Shown here piece by piece: positions 16,947 to 26,320 of a stretch of DNA of 32,000 nt. The notes beneath the pieces were generated by a model, which was given only the letters and a program-made list of their open reading frames with translations, searched no databases and was not told the origin of the DNA. How positions within the stretch are numbered: position 1 is the stretch's first letter; the number at the start of each line of letters is the position of its first letter. Both the position numbers and the translations under genes were made by a program. The DNA is taken from the NCBI GenBank assembly GCA_963704435.1, contig OY969902.1:810001-842000 (forward strand), read 5' to 3'. This DNA comes from an uncultured archaeon. GTDB lineage: Archaea; Micrarchaeota; Micrarchaeia; Micrarchaeales; CABMGC01.

Positions 16947-17804
16947 ATGCAGGATTCGAAACTCCATAAGAGCATCAGGTCGCAGTCCGCGATGGAGTAC
17001 CTGATGACCTACGGATGGTCGATCCTCATAATCACGGTGATCCTGGGCGCGCTCTACAGCGTCGGCGCGTTCGGATCATCGAACCTCGGACCGCGCGCAC
17101 CTCCTGGAAACTGCAAGGTATTCCGGTCATCGGGAGAGGCCAACCTCGAGGGCACATGCGGCGGGGTCCTGCCCGAGTCAGTCGCGCAGTTCAACGGGCA
17201 GAGCAGCTACGTCAACATAGCTAACAACCCTTACATTCAACTAAACGGAGCATTTACCCTTTCATTCTGGTTGCGCGTAAATTCGGTTTCGGGAACAGGC
17301 TATGATGGTTCATTCAGCCAAGGCAATGGCTGGATTGTTTACTATGCCTGCGTAGGTGTGCTCTGTGGACCGAGTTACAAACGAGCGGACACCACGGAAC
17401 ATTCCTGGGCGAGTCCCCCCGTTCTCAATCAGTGGAAATATTATGCAGTCACTTATGACGGAAGTGGAAAATTATATTTATACGCCAATGGGAAACAGAC
17501 TAATTATTTTCCAGGAGCACTCCCGACAGATTCCGATATGTCTCCGCTACTATTCGGGCGTGGGGACGATTATGGCAATCAATTTCTTTCAAATGTCCAA
17601 ATCTACAACACCTCCCTCGACGCCAATCAGATACAGACGCTCTACATCAAGGGCATAGGCGCCGCTCCGGTGGATCCATACCACATCGTGGGCTGGTGGC
17701 CGCTCAACGCCAACGCGACCGACTACAGCGGCAACAACAACGCAGGGGTCGCGACGAACGTCATCTACACTGGCTCGTGGCTTTCGGGGTATACCCCTCC
17801 TTGA
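16947..17804 (+). CDS. Type IV pilin-like N-terminus fused to a LamG/concanavalin-type domain, surface protein
   Basis: RSQSAMEYLMTYGWSILIITVILGALYSVGAF pilin-like motif, followed by VAQFNGQSSYVNIANNPYIQLNGAFTLSFWLRVN...WKYYAVTYDGSGKLYLYANGK...FLSNVQIYNTSLDANQIQTLYIKGI, a LamG-type signature. Confidence 0.85.
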   Translation: MQDSKLHKSIRSQSAMEYLMTYGWSILIITVILGALYSVGAFGSSNLGPRAPPGNCKVFRSSGEANLEGTCGGVLPESVAQFNGQSSYVNIANNPYIQLNGAFTLSFWLRVNSVSGTGYDGSFSQGNGWIVYYACVGVLCGPSYKRADTTEHSWASPPVLNQWKYYAVTYDGSGKLYLYANGKQTNYFPGALPTDSDMSPLLFGRGDDYGNQFLSNVQIYNTSLDANQIQTLYIKGIGAAPVDPYHIVGWWPLNANATDYSGNNNAGVATNVIYTGSWLSGYTPP

Positions 17805-17914
17805 GCGGACCTCTGGCTTCCGCGGCGCCAGCCAATTCCGTCCTTTGCCGGATGCGTGTCGTTCGCCATGCATAAATTTAAAAAACTTCACATCCAGTCT
17901 TATGCAGTGGTTGG

Positions 17915-18361
17915 ATGAAATCGGAACAAAACTGGATAGCCTTCATCCTGGAGCTGGTAGGCAGTCTTGTCCTTCTCTGGACCGTGTTCGGGGGAGTCAC
18001 TATGCTGCTGCCATCGATGGCTCCTGTATGGAGTACGGCAAACGGAGGGATATGGCTTCCTTTCTTCGTGGGAATTGCGACGATAGCGTCAGTGGCGCTG
18101 TTCTTCCTGAGCTTCGCTAACCTGGCCCCAATGTGCGGATGCGGTTGCGGATGCGGCTGTGGTTGTGGACACGGGCACGGAGCAAAGAAGGCTGCGCTTG
18201 TCGCGGGAGTGACCCTTGTGGCCCTGACATGGGGCAACATGATGTGGATGGCTGGAGCGCTGATAGGCTTTGCCCTGGTCTACATCGGCATCATGTCGGC
18301 TGCGATGTCCTGCACCTGCGATGCGAGCATGCCGCAGAAGGCGCCCCCTAGGAAGAGGTAG
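17915..18361 (+). CDS. Small multi-TM membrane protein with (Cys-Gly)6(His-Gly)2 tract
   Basis: 148 aa. Hydrophobic segments are separated by APMCGCGCGCGCGCGHGHGAKK, with C-terminal MSCTCDASMPQKAPPRKR. TATA-like ATAAATTTAAAA lies upstream (17872-17883). Confidence 0.75.
   Translation: MKSEQNWIAFILELVGSLVLLWTVFGGVTMLLPSMAPVWSTANGGIWLPFFVGIATIASVALFFLSFANLAPMCGCGCGCGCGCGHGHGAKKAALVAGVTLVALTWGNMMWMAGALIGFALVYIGIMSAAMSCTCDASMPQKAPPRKR
18134..18181 (+). repeat. Coding hexanucleotide-type repeat, eight degenerate units
   Basis: TGCGGA TGCGGT TGCGGA TGCGGC TGTGGT TGTGGA CACGGG CACGGA. Confidence 0.9.
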
Positions 18362-18366
18362 GAGCT

Positions 18367-18402
18367 GTTTTTTCTTTTTCTTTTCTTTTTTTATTTTTTC
18401 CT
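18367..18402 (+). terminator. Poly-T transcription termination region downstream of the Cys-Gly protein gene
   Basis: GTTTTTTCTTTTTCTTTTCTTTTTTTATTTTTTCC immediately after the stop at 18361. Oligo-T tracts terminate archaeal transcription. Confidence 0.7.
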
Positions 18403-18509
18403 TGCTGTCAGCTTCCGCGCCGCTTTACTGCTGTAATCCCAAATAAGGAAAGGTATTTTAGCGCAGACGGACCATTGTCTGATACAATTGAATAGCGAAG
18501 AGCGTGCTC

Positions 18510-20246
18510 ATGATGGCAAGCGTGACAGTCAGAATCGCAGGCGCGAACGGCGACGGCATAGAGTCGAGCGGAGCCCTGCTCATCAAGGTGGTCAGCAGGG
18601 GCGGCCTGCACGCCTTCGGCCACCGCGGCTACCAGTCCGTCATCAGGGGAGGCCATGTCTGGTACCAAGTGAGGGTCGGCGACGAGAAGCTGCTGAGCCA
18701 CGGCGAAGGGGCAGACCTGCTCGTCGCGCTGAACCAGGACGCGATAGTCCACCAGAAGGCACACCTCAACGGGAACGCGATCGTGGTGTACGATCCCTCG
18801 AAGGTGGACGCGGCCCCGCTCTCAGGAACGAAGTGCATGCTCGTCAAGCTGCCAATGCTCGAACTCGCAGCGAAGGCGGGTGGCAGCCCTGTCATGAAGA
18901 ACACCGTGGCTGTGGGTGCGGTGCTGGGATTCCTCGGCGTGAGCGCGGACCTGATGGCCGAGGTGCTGAAGGACATGTTCGCGGCAAAGGGCCAGAAGGT
19001 GGTCGACGGAAATATCGCAGCCGCCGCGGCGGGCTACGGGTATGAGGGCGTCAGGCAGTCGTACCACCTGAAGGGAGACGGCGTGCGGAGGTACGTCGTC
19101 GACGGGAATTCCGCGCTCGCGGTCGGCGCTTACGCCGGAGGATGCAAGTTCTATTCCGCTTACCCGATGACTCCGGCGAGCGGCATAATGCATTGGTTCG
19201 CGGCCCACGAGAATGTCGGAGTAATGTTCAAGCAGGCCGAGGACGAGATCGCAGCGATCAACATGGCGATTGGTGCGTCGCAGGCCGGTGCGAGGGCCAT
19301 GTGCGGGACCAGCGGAGGAGGGTTCTCGCTGATGGTCGAGGCGCTCGGCCTGGCCGGAATGCTCGAGACGCCGCTGGTGGTGGTGGACTCGCAGAGGACC
19401 GGGCCCAGCACGGGTCTTCCGAGCAAGACCGAGCAGGGCGACCTGCTGTTCGCGATGCACGCATCGCAGGGCGAGTTCCCGAGGGTAGTGGTCGCGCCGA
19501 GGAGCGTTGACGAGTGCTTCAGGATAGCCGGAGAGGCGTTCAACCTCGCGGACAGGTATCAGTGTCCGGTCATCATACTATCGGACCAGTATCTCTCCGA
19601 GCACGTGGAGACCGTGGACGGGTTCGACGGCCCGTCCGCGATAGACAGGGGCAAGATTGCCGCGCGCGGAGACGGCGAAGGCAGGTTCAAGAGGTACCTG
19701 CTCACGGAAGACGGGGTCTCGCCAAGGTCGTTCCCGGGTATGCCGGGCCTCGAGTTCCTGGCAACGAGCTACGAGCATGACGAGTACGGCGGAGTCGTCA
19801 GCGACGTCCTGTCGGGGCTCGATGAGCACGTGGAGATGCGGAGGAAGATGCATGACAAGAGGATGAGGAAGATAGTCACGATGCTCAGCAAGGAGAGCGT
19901 GTTCGCGCCTAGCGTCGAGAACGAGGGCGCGGACTTCTTCCTTGTCGCGTTCGGCTCGACCGCGGAGCCTGCCACCGAGGCGCTCGGCCTTCTGAAGAAG
20001 AGGGGCCTGAACGCAGGCCTGATATCCTTCAGCTACCTGATGCCGCTGGACAGGGCGAAGACGAGGGGCGTCCTGCTGGGCAAGAGGCTCATCGGAGTGG
20101 AATGCAACTCGACCGCTCAGCTCGCGCAGCTGATAATGGTGGAGACGGGCGTGGAGATGAGGGACAGGATACTGAAGTACGACGGCGAGGCGTTCACGGC
20201 CGAGGAGATCGCCGCGCGCGCCGAGGAGATCGCAGGTAGGAGATAG
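18510..20246 (+). CDS. korA: 2-oxoacid:ferredoxin oxidoreductase, fused gamma-alpha subunit
   Basis: N-terminal gamma domain VRIAGANGDGIESSGALL...FGHRGYQSVIRGG; alpha domain with YPMTPASGI, QAEDEIAAINMAIGASQAGARAMCGTSGGGFSLM, TGLPSKTEQGDL. Substrate specificity is not determined; the symbol is the common annotation. Confidence 0.85.
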   Translation: MMASVTVRIAGANGDGIESSGALLIKVVSRGGLHAFGHRGYQSVIRGGHVWYQVRVGDEKLLSHGEGADLLVALNQDAIVHQKAHLNGNAIVVYDPSKVDAAPLSGTKCMLVKLPMLELAAKAGGSPVMKNTVAVGAVLGFLGVSADLMAEVLKDMFAAKGQKVVDGNIAAAAAGYGYEGVRQSYHLKGDGVRRYVVDGNSALAVGAYAGGCKFYSAYPMTPASGIMHWFAAHENVGVMFKQAEDEIAAINMAIGASQAGARAMCGTSGGGFSLMVEALGLAGMLETPLVVVDSQRTGPSTGLPSKTEQGDLLFAMHASQGEFPRVVVAPRSVDECFRIAGEAFNLADRYQCPVIILSDQYLSEHVETVDGFDGPSAIDRGKIAARGDGEGRFKRYLLTEDGVSPRSFPGMPGLEFLATSYEHDEYGGVVSDVLSGLDEHVEMRRKMHDKRMRKIVTMLSKESVFAPSVENEGADFFLVAFGSTAEPATEALGLLKKRGLNAGLISFSYLMPLDRAKTRGVLLGKRLIGVECNSTAQLAQLIMVETGVEMRDRILKYDGEAFTAEEIAARAEEIAGRR

Positions 20247-20247
20247 C

Positions 20248-21111
20248 ATGGCGAACGACTACGTTTCAGAGAGAAGGCCGGTATGGTGCCCGGGATGCGG
20301 CAACTACGCGATCGGCGCAGCGCTGGCCAAGGCGCTCGCGGACCTCCAGGCAGATAGGAGCCGCGTGCTCATCGTGTCGGGCATAGGCTGCGGCTCGGAG
20401 ATGCCGCACTCGTTCAGCACCTATGGCATCGACAGCCTCCACGGCAGGCTGCTTCCAATCGCCGAGGGCGCCAAGCTCGCGAACGGAGAGCTCACCGTTG
20501 TCGCATCGGGCGGCGACGGCGACTGCTACGGCATAGGCGCAGGTCACTTGATCCACGCCGCGAGAAGGAACATAAACATCACGCTTATCGTCAGCAACAA
20601 CGAGCTCTACGGCCTGACTACGGGTCAGGCGTCCCCCACGACGAAGATGGGGACCAAGACGAAATCGACACCGTTCGGCGACATAGAGCGCCCGCTGAAC
20701 CCACTGGCGCTCGCGATAAGCGCTGGCGCCACTTACGTGGCGAGGGCGTTCGCCGGGGACCCGCAGCAGATGTCTGAGCTTATGCTTAACGGCATAGGGC
20801 ACAGGGGCTTCTCGATCATAGACGTGCTGAGCCCGTGCGTGACCTTCACAGGGCAGCAGGCGTATGACCTGCTCAGGAAGAAGGTCTACAAAGTCGGGCA
20901 GGACCACGACCGGTCCAATGTCGCGTCGGCGATGCAGAAGGCGCTGGAGTGCGACCTGACCGGCTGGGAGAAGGTGCCAACTGGCCTGATCTACGAGACC
21001 GAGGTACCGACGTACGAGGACCTCGACGTCGCGCTGAAGAAGGGTCCCCTCATAAGCCAGCCGCTTCCGGGAAGAGAAGACGTGTCCGCGGTCATGGACG
21101 AGCTCAGGTAG
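20248..21111 (+). CDS. korB: 2-oxoacid:ferredoxin oxidoreductase, beta (TPP-binding) subunit
   Basis: WCPGCGNYAIGAALAKAL, GIGCGSEMPH, GGDGDCYGIGAGHLIHAARRNINITLIVSNNELYGLTTGQ, SPCVTF cysteine motif. One nt separates it from the upstream subunit. Confidence 0.92.
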   Translation: MANDYVSERRPVWCPGCGNYAIGAALAKALADLQADRSRVLIVSGIGCGSEMPHSFSTYGIDSLHGRLLPIAEGAKLANGELTVVASGGDGDCYGIGAGHLIHAARRNINITLIVSNNELYGLTTGQASPTTKMGTKTKSTPFGDIERPLNPLALAISAGATYVARAFAGDPQQMSELMLNGIGHRGFSIIDVLSPCVTFTGQQAYDLLRKKVYKVGQDHDRSNVASAMQKALECDLTGWEKVPTGLIYETEVPTYEDLDVALKKGPLISQPLPGREDVSAVMDELR

Positions 21112-21162
21112 CTCCGCAGCGCCAGCGCCAAAGTATTAAAAGCAAGGCGTTGTATGAAAGGC

Positions 21163-22158
21163 ATGTACGCCAACAAGGCGCTCGCCGTATTTTTTGCAGC
21201 GATCCTCACAATATCCCTTGCCGGTGCAGCGAATTATAGCAATACTCTAACCACTTCCTTACTTACCACAACACGCACTACAACTTTGAATACTACCACA
21301 TCGACTCGCACCACTACCATAACCACAATACCCACGACCGTCTATACGACGCTGCCTACGACATCGCGTACTACGACCGTGAATACTACTACCATACTCC
21401 CAACATCGACTCGCACCACCACCGTCAACACAACAACCACAATCATTCCCGCAAATACCCTCCATGCAAACGCCACTACAACAAAGACCTCTTCAACAAC
21501 TTCAGCCACAACTTCCGTACGCTATAATGCAACAACCACGGTCCCTCCCAATACCAACACAATTCGCATAAATACTACGACAATCGCGACCACCACGATA
21601 CCACAGACCGCGATAGGCGCCAACTCCATTGTGATGATTACAGTGTCTCCTTCACAAGTAGGACAGACTATAATCAATGGTTCATTCGCCGTCGAACCCA
21701 CCAACTTCATCATCATCAACGGAGTTCCGACAATCACTATGTATGTGCTATACAATGGTTTGATTGTGAACACTAGCGTCATGACGCCATACCTTGAGAG
21801 GACGTTTCTGGTAAGCAACCATGTGCTCTATGTCCTGTTTGCTCCGCTCACAACTACGACCGTAAACGTTACCACCGCTTACACGACCCTTCCAACGACA
21901 ACGGTACAGACTGGTCAAACCAGCGTTGTGACGACCGTGCTTCCCACCTCTACCACGGCTCCCATAACCAAGGCCCCCGTTAGCACTGTAGTGACCACCG
22001 TTCCCGCGAGTGCGGCGCAGAATTTGACTAGTTCTGTGAGGACTAGTACGATGACGACCGTGAATGCGACTAATGTAACAGTCGCAACTTCCCCCACTTT
22101 GGGCGGAGTCTTCGTGCCGATCATAAACTTCTTCAAGAGGCTGTTTGGATTCATCTGA
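21163..22158 (+). CDS. Secreted Thr-rich surface protein, ~331-334 aa
   Basis: Signal peptide KALAVFFAAILTISLAGA, then extended TTT-rich sequence and C-terminal GGVFVPIINFFKRLFGFI. AAGTATTAAA (21131-21140) is about 26 nt upstream of ATG 21163; the track start is 21154. Confidence 0.75.
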   Translation: MYANKALAVFFAAILTISLAGAANYSNTLTTSLLTTTRTTTLNTTTSTRTTTITTIPTTVYTTLPTTSRTTTVNTTTILPTSTRTTTVNTTTTIIPANTLHANATTTKTSSTTSATTSVRYNATTTVPPNTNTIRINTTTIATTTIPQTAIGANSIVMITVSPSQVGQTIINGSFAVEPTNFIIINGVPTITMYVLYNGLIVNTSVMTPYLERTFLVSNHVLYVLFAPLTTTTVNVTTAYTTLPTTTVQTGQTSVVTTVLPTSTTAPITKAPVSTVVTTVPASAAQNLTSSVRTSTMTTVNATNVTVATSPTLGGVFVPIINFFKRLFGFI

Positions 22159-22165
22159 TGAGGAC

Positions 22166-22786
22166 TCATCTCTGAGACTTCGCCAGCCTCTTCTTGACGT
22201 GCTTCAGCGAGGAGAACGTGTCCCTGTCTATCTCGTTAAGCGTGAAGGAGATGCTTGCCGCCTGCTTCTTCATGTTCGGCATGACTATGTTCTCCAAGGC
22301 GTTTACCCTCCTCTTCACCTTGTCTATCTCGATGACGAGCCTCCTCAGACCCTGCTCCCTCCTCGCGATCTCCACCACCATCCTCTTGACCTCCCCGAAC
22401 GCATCCTCGACGTCGCTGACCGCGACGCTGGTCTGCAGCGCAGCCCCCTGCCGCGCGTGGCCGAACCGCTCCTCTATGATCGGTATCCTGACGCCCATCA
22501 CATTAACTATCCCGAGGCTCACCCCGCTGGTGTCGCCCATCTGCGCCGCGGCTTGCTCGAGCTCGAAGTCCCCTGAGAACGTGGACGCTATCGCGGTGGT
22601 CTTGTAGGCGGCGCCCAGCACCTCCTGCAGCCTGCCCCTGTCCGCCTCCGACTTCTGGAGGATCTTGAAGAACTCGATGACGAGCGCCTCCCTCTTCTTC
22701 TTGAGGAGGGCGTGGCCCTTGCCCGCGAGCTTGGCGCTCTTCTTCAGGTTTATCAGGTTCATCCGCGTCGGGTTGATCCTCGCCAT
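22166..22786 (-). CDS. atpD: A-type ATP synthase subunit D
   Basis: [36 protein letters not shown]...RVNALENIVMP...FTLNEIDRDTFSSLKHVKKRL. True start at 22786, overlapping the atpB stop. Confidence 0.95.
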   Translation of the reverse strand: MARINPTRMNLINLKKSAKLAGKGHALLKKKREALVIEFFKILQKSEADRGRLQEVLGAAYKTTAIASTFSGDFELEQAAAQMGDTSGVSLGIVNVMGVRIPIIEERFGHARQGAALQTSVAVSDVEDAFGEVKRMVVEIARREQGLRRLVIEIDKVKRRVNALENIVMPNMKKQAASISFTLNEIDRDTFSSLKHVKKRLAKSQR

Positions 22787-24177
22787 CACTTCTCGCCCTT
22801 GCGCTTCGGGAGGTACTTGTCGATGTATTCCTTCTTGATCCTCGTCAGTTCCTCCTCCGGCAGTCCTGACAGGAGTTCCCATCCGATCTGCAGGGTCTTC
22901 TCTATGTTCCTGTCCTCGTACTCGCCCTGGTTTATGAACCTCTTCTCGAACTCGTTGCCGAAGCCGAGGTACAGCTTGTCGCCCTCGCTCAGCGCCTCCG
23001 CCCCGATTATCGCGCTCAGGTTCCTCGCCTCCTGCGCCCTCGAGTACGCTCCGGCGAGCTGGTCCGCGACTCCCCTGTGGTCCTCCCTCGTCTTCCCTGC
23101 TCCGATTCCGCTTCCCATGAGCCTCGACAGCGACCCGATCGGGTTGACAGGAGGGTAGAGGCCCTTGTTGCCCAGCCCCCTGTCCAGGTATATCTGGCCC
23201 TCGGTGATGTATCCCGTCAGGTCGGGTATCGGGTGGGTGACGTCGTCTCCCGGCATGGTGAGTATGTTCAGCTGGGTTATGCTCCCCTTCTTTCCGCTCA
23301 CGACTCCCGCCCTCTCGTATATGTTCGCGAGGTCCGTGTACATGTATCCTGGGTAGCCCCTCCTTCCAGGGACCTCCTCCCTCGCGCTCGCGAGCTCCCT
23401 GAGCGACTCGCAGTAGTTCGTCATGTCCGTCAGCATGACCAGAACGTGCATGCCCCTCTCGTACGCGAGGAACTCCGCTGTCGTCAGCGCAAGCCTAGGG
23501 GTGAGTATCCTCTCGATGCTCGGGTCGTCTGCGAGGTTGATGAACGCGACCGTCCTCTCCAGCGATCCCGTCTTCCTGAAGTTCTCTATGAAGTAGGACG
23601 CGTCGTCGTACGTGACGCCGATCCCCGCGAAGACCACGGCGAACTTCTCGCTCATGTTCTTGACCTTCGCCTGCCGCGCGATCTGAGCCGCGAGCTGGTT
23701 GTGCGGCAGTCCCGCGCCCGAGAATATCGGGAGCTTCTGTCCCCTGACCAGGGTCATCATGCAGTCGATCGTCGACACTCCCGTCTCAATGAAGTCGCTG
23801 GGCATCTGCCTCGCCACCGGATTCATGGGCTCCCCGTTTATGTCCCTCTTCTCTCCGCCGAGCATCTCTGCCCCGCCGTCCTTCGGCTTGCCCTGCCCGT
23901 TGAATATCCTACCGAGCATGTCGTCGCTTACGTGGGTCATGAACGTCTCGCCAAGGAAGCTCACAGAGGTGGTCTCGACGTTTATCCCGCTGGTCGGCCC
24001 GAAGACCTGCACCACGGCGTAGCCGTCCGCGCTCTCGAGCACCTGCCCGAGCTTGCTCTCCCCGTTCGCCAGGTTGATCCTGACTATCTCGCCGTAGGCT
24101 GCGTTCCTGACGCTGCTCACCACTATGAGCGGCCCCGCCACGCGGTCAATCGTCTTGTATTCCACATCGAATTTCAT
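22786..24177 (-). CDS. atpB: A-type ATP synthase subunit B
   Basis: [20 protein letters not shown]; [43 protein letters not shown]; [21 protein letters not shown]. Confidence 0.97.
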   Translation of the reverse strand: MKFDVEYKTIDRVAGPLIVVSSVRNAAYGEIVRINLANGESKLGQVLESADGYAVVQVFGPTSGINVETTSVSFLGETFMTHVSDDMLGRIFNGQGKPKDGGAEMLGGEKRDINGEPMNPVARQMPSDFIETGVSTIDCMMTLVRGQKLPIFSGAGLPHNQLAAQIARQAKVKNMSEKFAVVFAGIGVTYDDASYFIENFRKTGSLERTVAFINLADDPSIERILTPRLALTTAEFLAYERGMHVLVMLTDMTNYCESLRELASAREEVPGRRGYPGYMYTDLANIYERAGVVSGKKGSITQLNILTMPGDDVTHPIPDLTGYITEGQIYLDRGLGNKGLYPPVNPIGSLSRLMGSGIGAGKTREDHRGVADQLAGAYSRAQEARNLSAIIGAEALSEGDKLYLGFGNEFEKRFINQGEYEDRNIEKTLQIGWELLSGLPEEELTRIKKEYIDKYLPKRKGEK

Positions 24178-25964
24178 TCGCTCACCTTCTCCTCAGCAAT
24201 GGCCTCCTCCTTCACCATCTTCCCGAACTCAGTGTCGATATCGCCGGTTACGGCCTTCGACTCGCCGTCGATCGAGTGCTCCCTGACCTCCTTCATCCTG
24301 GCCAGCCTGCCCCTTACCGCGGCCTTCATTATCTTGTCCGCGCTCACGCCCTTCCCTGCGGCATCGGCGGCCATGTCGCTGAAGTGCAGTATCGCCTTGA
24401 GCATCAGGTCCTGCTTCTTCAGGCTCGTGTACGCGTCGACCTCCTCGTACGCGTTCTGCCTCAGGAAGCTCTCCCTGAGCATCCTGCCGACCTCGAGCAC
24501 TATCCTTTCGCTGTCCGGCAGCGCGTCCGCGCCCACGAGCTGGACTATATCCTTGAGGTCCGCCTCCTTCTGAAGCAGAGTCATCGCCTGCTTCCTCAGC
24601 CCGCCGAACTCCGGGCTGACGTTCTCGGAGTACCACTTGTCAAGCGCGTTGATGTAGAGCGAGTAGCTCGTGAGCCAGTTTATCGCCGGGAAGTGCTTGG
24701 CCCCGGCGAGCGACGCGTCCAGCGCCCAGAATGTCTTTATGACCCTGAGCGTGCCTTGCGACACCGGCTCGGACAGGTCGCCTCCCGGCGGCGATATGGA
24801 TCCAACAACGGTTATCGATCCCATCGCGCCGCTGAGCGTCATGACCCTCCCGGCCCTCTCGTAGAACTCGGCTAGCCTCTTGGGCAGGTATGCGGGATAT
24901 CCCTCCTCGCCAGGCATCTCCTCGAGCCTTGCGGATATCTCCCTCATCGCCTCGGCCCATCTCGATGTCGAGTCGGCCATGAGCGCGACGTCGTAGCCCA
25001 TGTCCCTGAAGTACTCGGCCATGGTTATGCTGGTGTAGACGCTAGCCTCCCTCGCGGCCACCGGCATGTTGCTCGTGTTAGCTATGAGTATCGTACGTTC
25101 CATGAGCGGCCTGCCCGTCTTCGGGTCCTTGAGCTCCGGGAACTCGACCAGCACGTCGGTCATCTCATTGCCCCTCTCCCCGCATCCGACGTAAACCACT
25201 ATGTCCGCGTCGGCGTATTTCGCTATCTGGTGCAGCGTGACGGTCTTCCCGCTCCCGAACGGGCCTGGAACGCCCGCTACGCCTCCCTTCGCGACCGGGA
25301 ACAGCGTGTCTATGATCCTCTGGCCGGTCAGCAGCGGGACGTTCGCGGCTATCTTGTCCGCGAACTTCGATCCGGTCCTCACCGACCGGGTCTGCAGCAT
25401 CGTTATCACGACCTTGCCCTTCGCGGTTCTAACAGAGGCGACCTCGCTCTCCACGGTGAACGTCCCCTCCCTTATGTGCTCGATCGTGCCCGAGACTCCG
25501 TAGGGCACCATTATCCTGTGCTTTATCAGCTCGGTCTCCTGCACGTATCCGAGCACCTGGCCCTCCTTGACCCTCGTGCCCTTCTTGACTCCCTTCTCGA
25601 CGTGGAAGTGCCACTTCTTCTTCCTGTCTATGGCGTTTATCGCTATGCCTCGCGCTATGAAATCCCCGCTCCTGTCCCTGATGACGTCGAGCGGCCTCTG
25701 CACCCCGTCAAATATCTTCGACAGCAGGCCCGGCCCCAGCTCCACCGAGAGCGGCTTGCCCGTCGAGGTCACCTCCTCGCCCGGCCTGACCCCGCTGGTG
25801 TCCTCGTAGACCTGTATGACTGCCCTGTCCTTCTCCAGCCGTATTATCTCGCCTATGAGCTTTGCTGACCCGACCTTCACGACGTCGTACATGCTGCTTC
25901 CGAGCATGCCCTTCGCGACTACGAGCGGTCCCGCGATTCTCTCTATTGTTTCCATCATAATCAC
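24174..25964 (-). CDS. atpA: A-type ATP synthase catalytic subunit A
   Basis: Walker [36 protein letters not shown]; [31 protein letters not shown]. 4-nt overlap with atpB. No intein visible at the P-loop. Confidence 0.98.
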   Translation of the reverse strand: MIMMETIERIAGPLVVAKGMLGSSMYDVVKVGSAKLIGEIIRLEKDRAVIQVYEDTSGVRPGEEVTSTGKPLSVELGPGLLSKIFDGVQRPLDVIRDRSGDFIARGIAINAIDRKKKWHFHVEKGVKKGTRVKEGQVLGYVQETELIKHRIMVPYGVSGTIEHIREGTFTVESEVASVRTAKGKVVITMLQTRSVRTGSKFADKIAANVPLLTGQRIIDTLFPVAKGGVAGVPGPFGSGKTVTLHQIAKYADADIVVYVGCGERGNEMTDVLVEFPELKDPKTGRPLMERTILIANTSNMPVAAREASVYTSITMAEYFRDMGYDVALMADSTSRWAEAMREISARLEEMPGEEGYPAYLPKRLAEFYERAGRVMTLSGAMGSITVVGSISPPGGDLSEPVSQGTLRVIKTFWALDASLAGAKHFPAINWLTSYSLYINALDKWYSENVSPEFGGLRKQAMTLLQKEADLKDIVQLVGADALPDSERIVLEVGRMLRESFLRQNAYEEVDAYTSLKKQDLMLKAILHFSDMAADAAGKGVSADKIMKAAVRGRLARMKEVREHSIDGESKAVTGDIDTEFGKMVKEEAIAEEKVSE

Positions 25965-26320
25965 TTCTTGTTTTTGTCCGCAGCCATCAGGTCGATGCCG
26001 ACGGCCCTGAGTATCAATTTCCTGAGCGAGTCCGCGTGGGTCTCCTTCTGCCCGTATCCCGATACCGAGATGACCACGGGGTCGAGCGAGTTCTCTATCC
26101 TGTGGAGCAGCCTCCTGTCCTTGACCCTTGATATTGCGTCCTCGCTGGCTATTATTATGCCCACGTCCTTGCGCTCGAACAGGTCCGAGAGCAGCCTGTC
26201 CGGCTCCTCGCCCTTGCTGAGCGGGTAGGTCTCCTTCACTCCCGACAGCTTCAGGCCCAGGGACAGCAGCTGGTCCCCCACGACGACCATCCTCTTGATC
26301 TGAGAGTTCACTTGAACCAT
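25961..26320 (-). CDS. atpF: A-type ATP synthase subunit F
   Basis: [25 protein letters not shown]...[36 protein letters not shown]. Position between C and A. Confidence 0.88.
   Translation of the reverse strand: MVQVNSQIKRMVVVGDQLLSLGLKLSGVKETYPLSKGEEPDRLLSDLFERKDVGIIIASEDAISRVKDRRLLHRIENSLDPVVISVSGYGQKETHADSLRKLILRAVGIDLMAADKNKK

Noticed and set aside
18133-18351. Alternate-frame ORF MRMRLRMRLWLWTRARSKEG
   Set aside because: Frameshifted reading of the Cys-Gly repeat; the main frame (17915-18361) has clear TM segments and a full-length ORF.
19578-20249. Minus-strand ORF opposite korA
   Set aside because: Shadow of the oxidoreductase gene; no recognisable product.
21230-21560. Repetitive ACTACNAC/ACCAC sequence that might look like a repeat array
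   Set aside because: Irregular spacing and codon-level Thr encoding explain it; there are no conserved repeat units with unique spacers, so it is not CRISPR.
23077-24573. 498-aa plus-strand ORF
   Set aside because: Antisense to atpB and the 3' end of atpA, which have unmistakable motifs; composition (RDL/PEH/RRR) is a shadow-ORF pattern.
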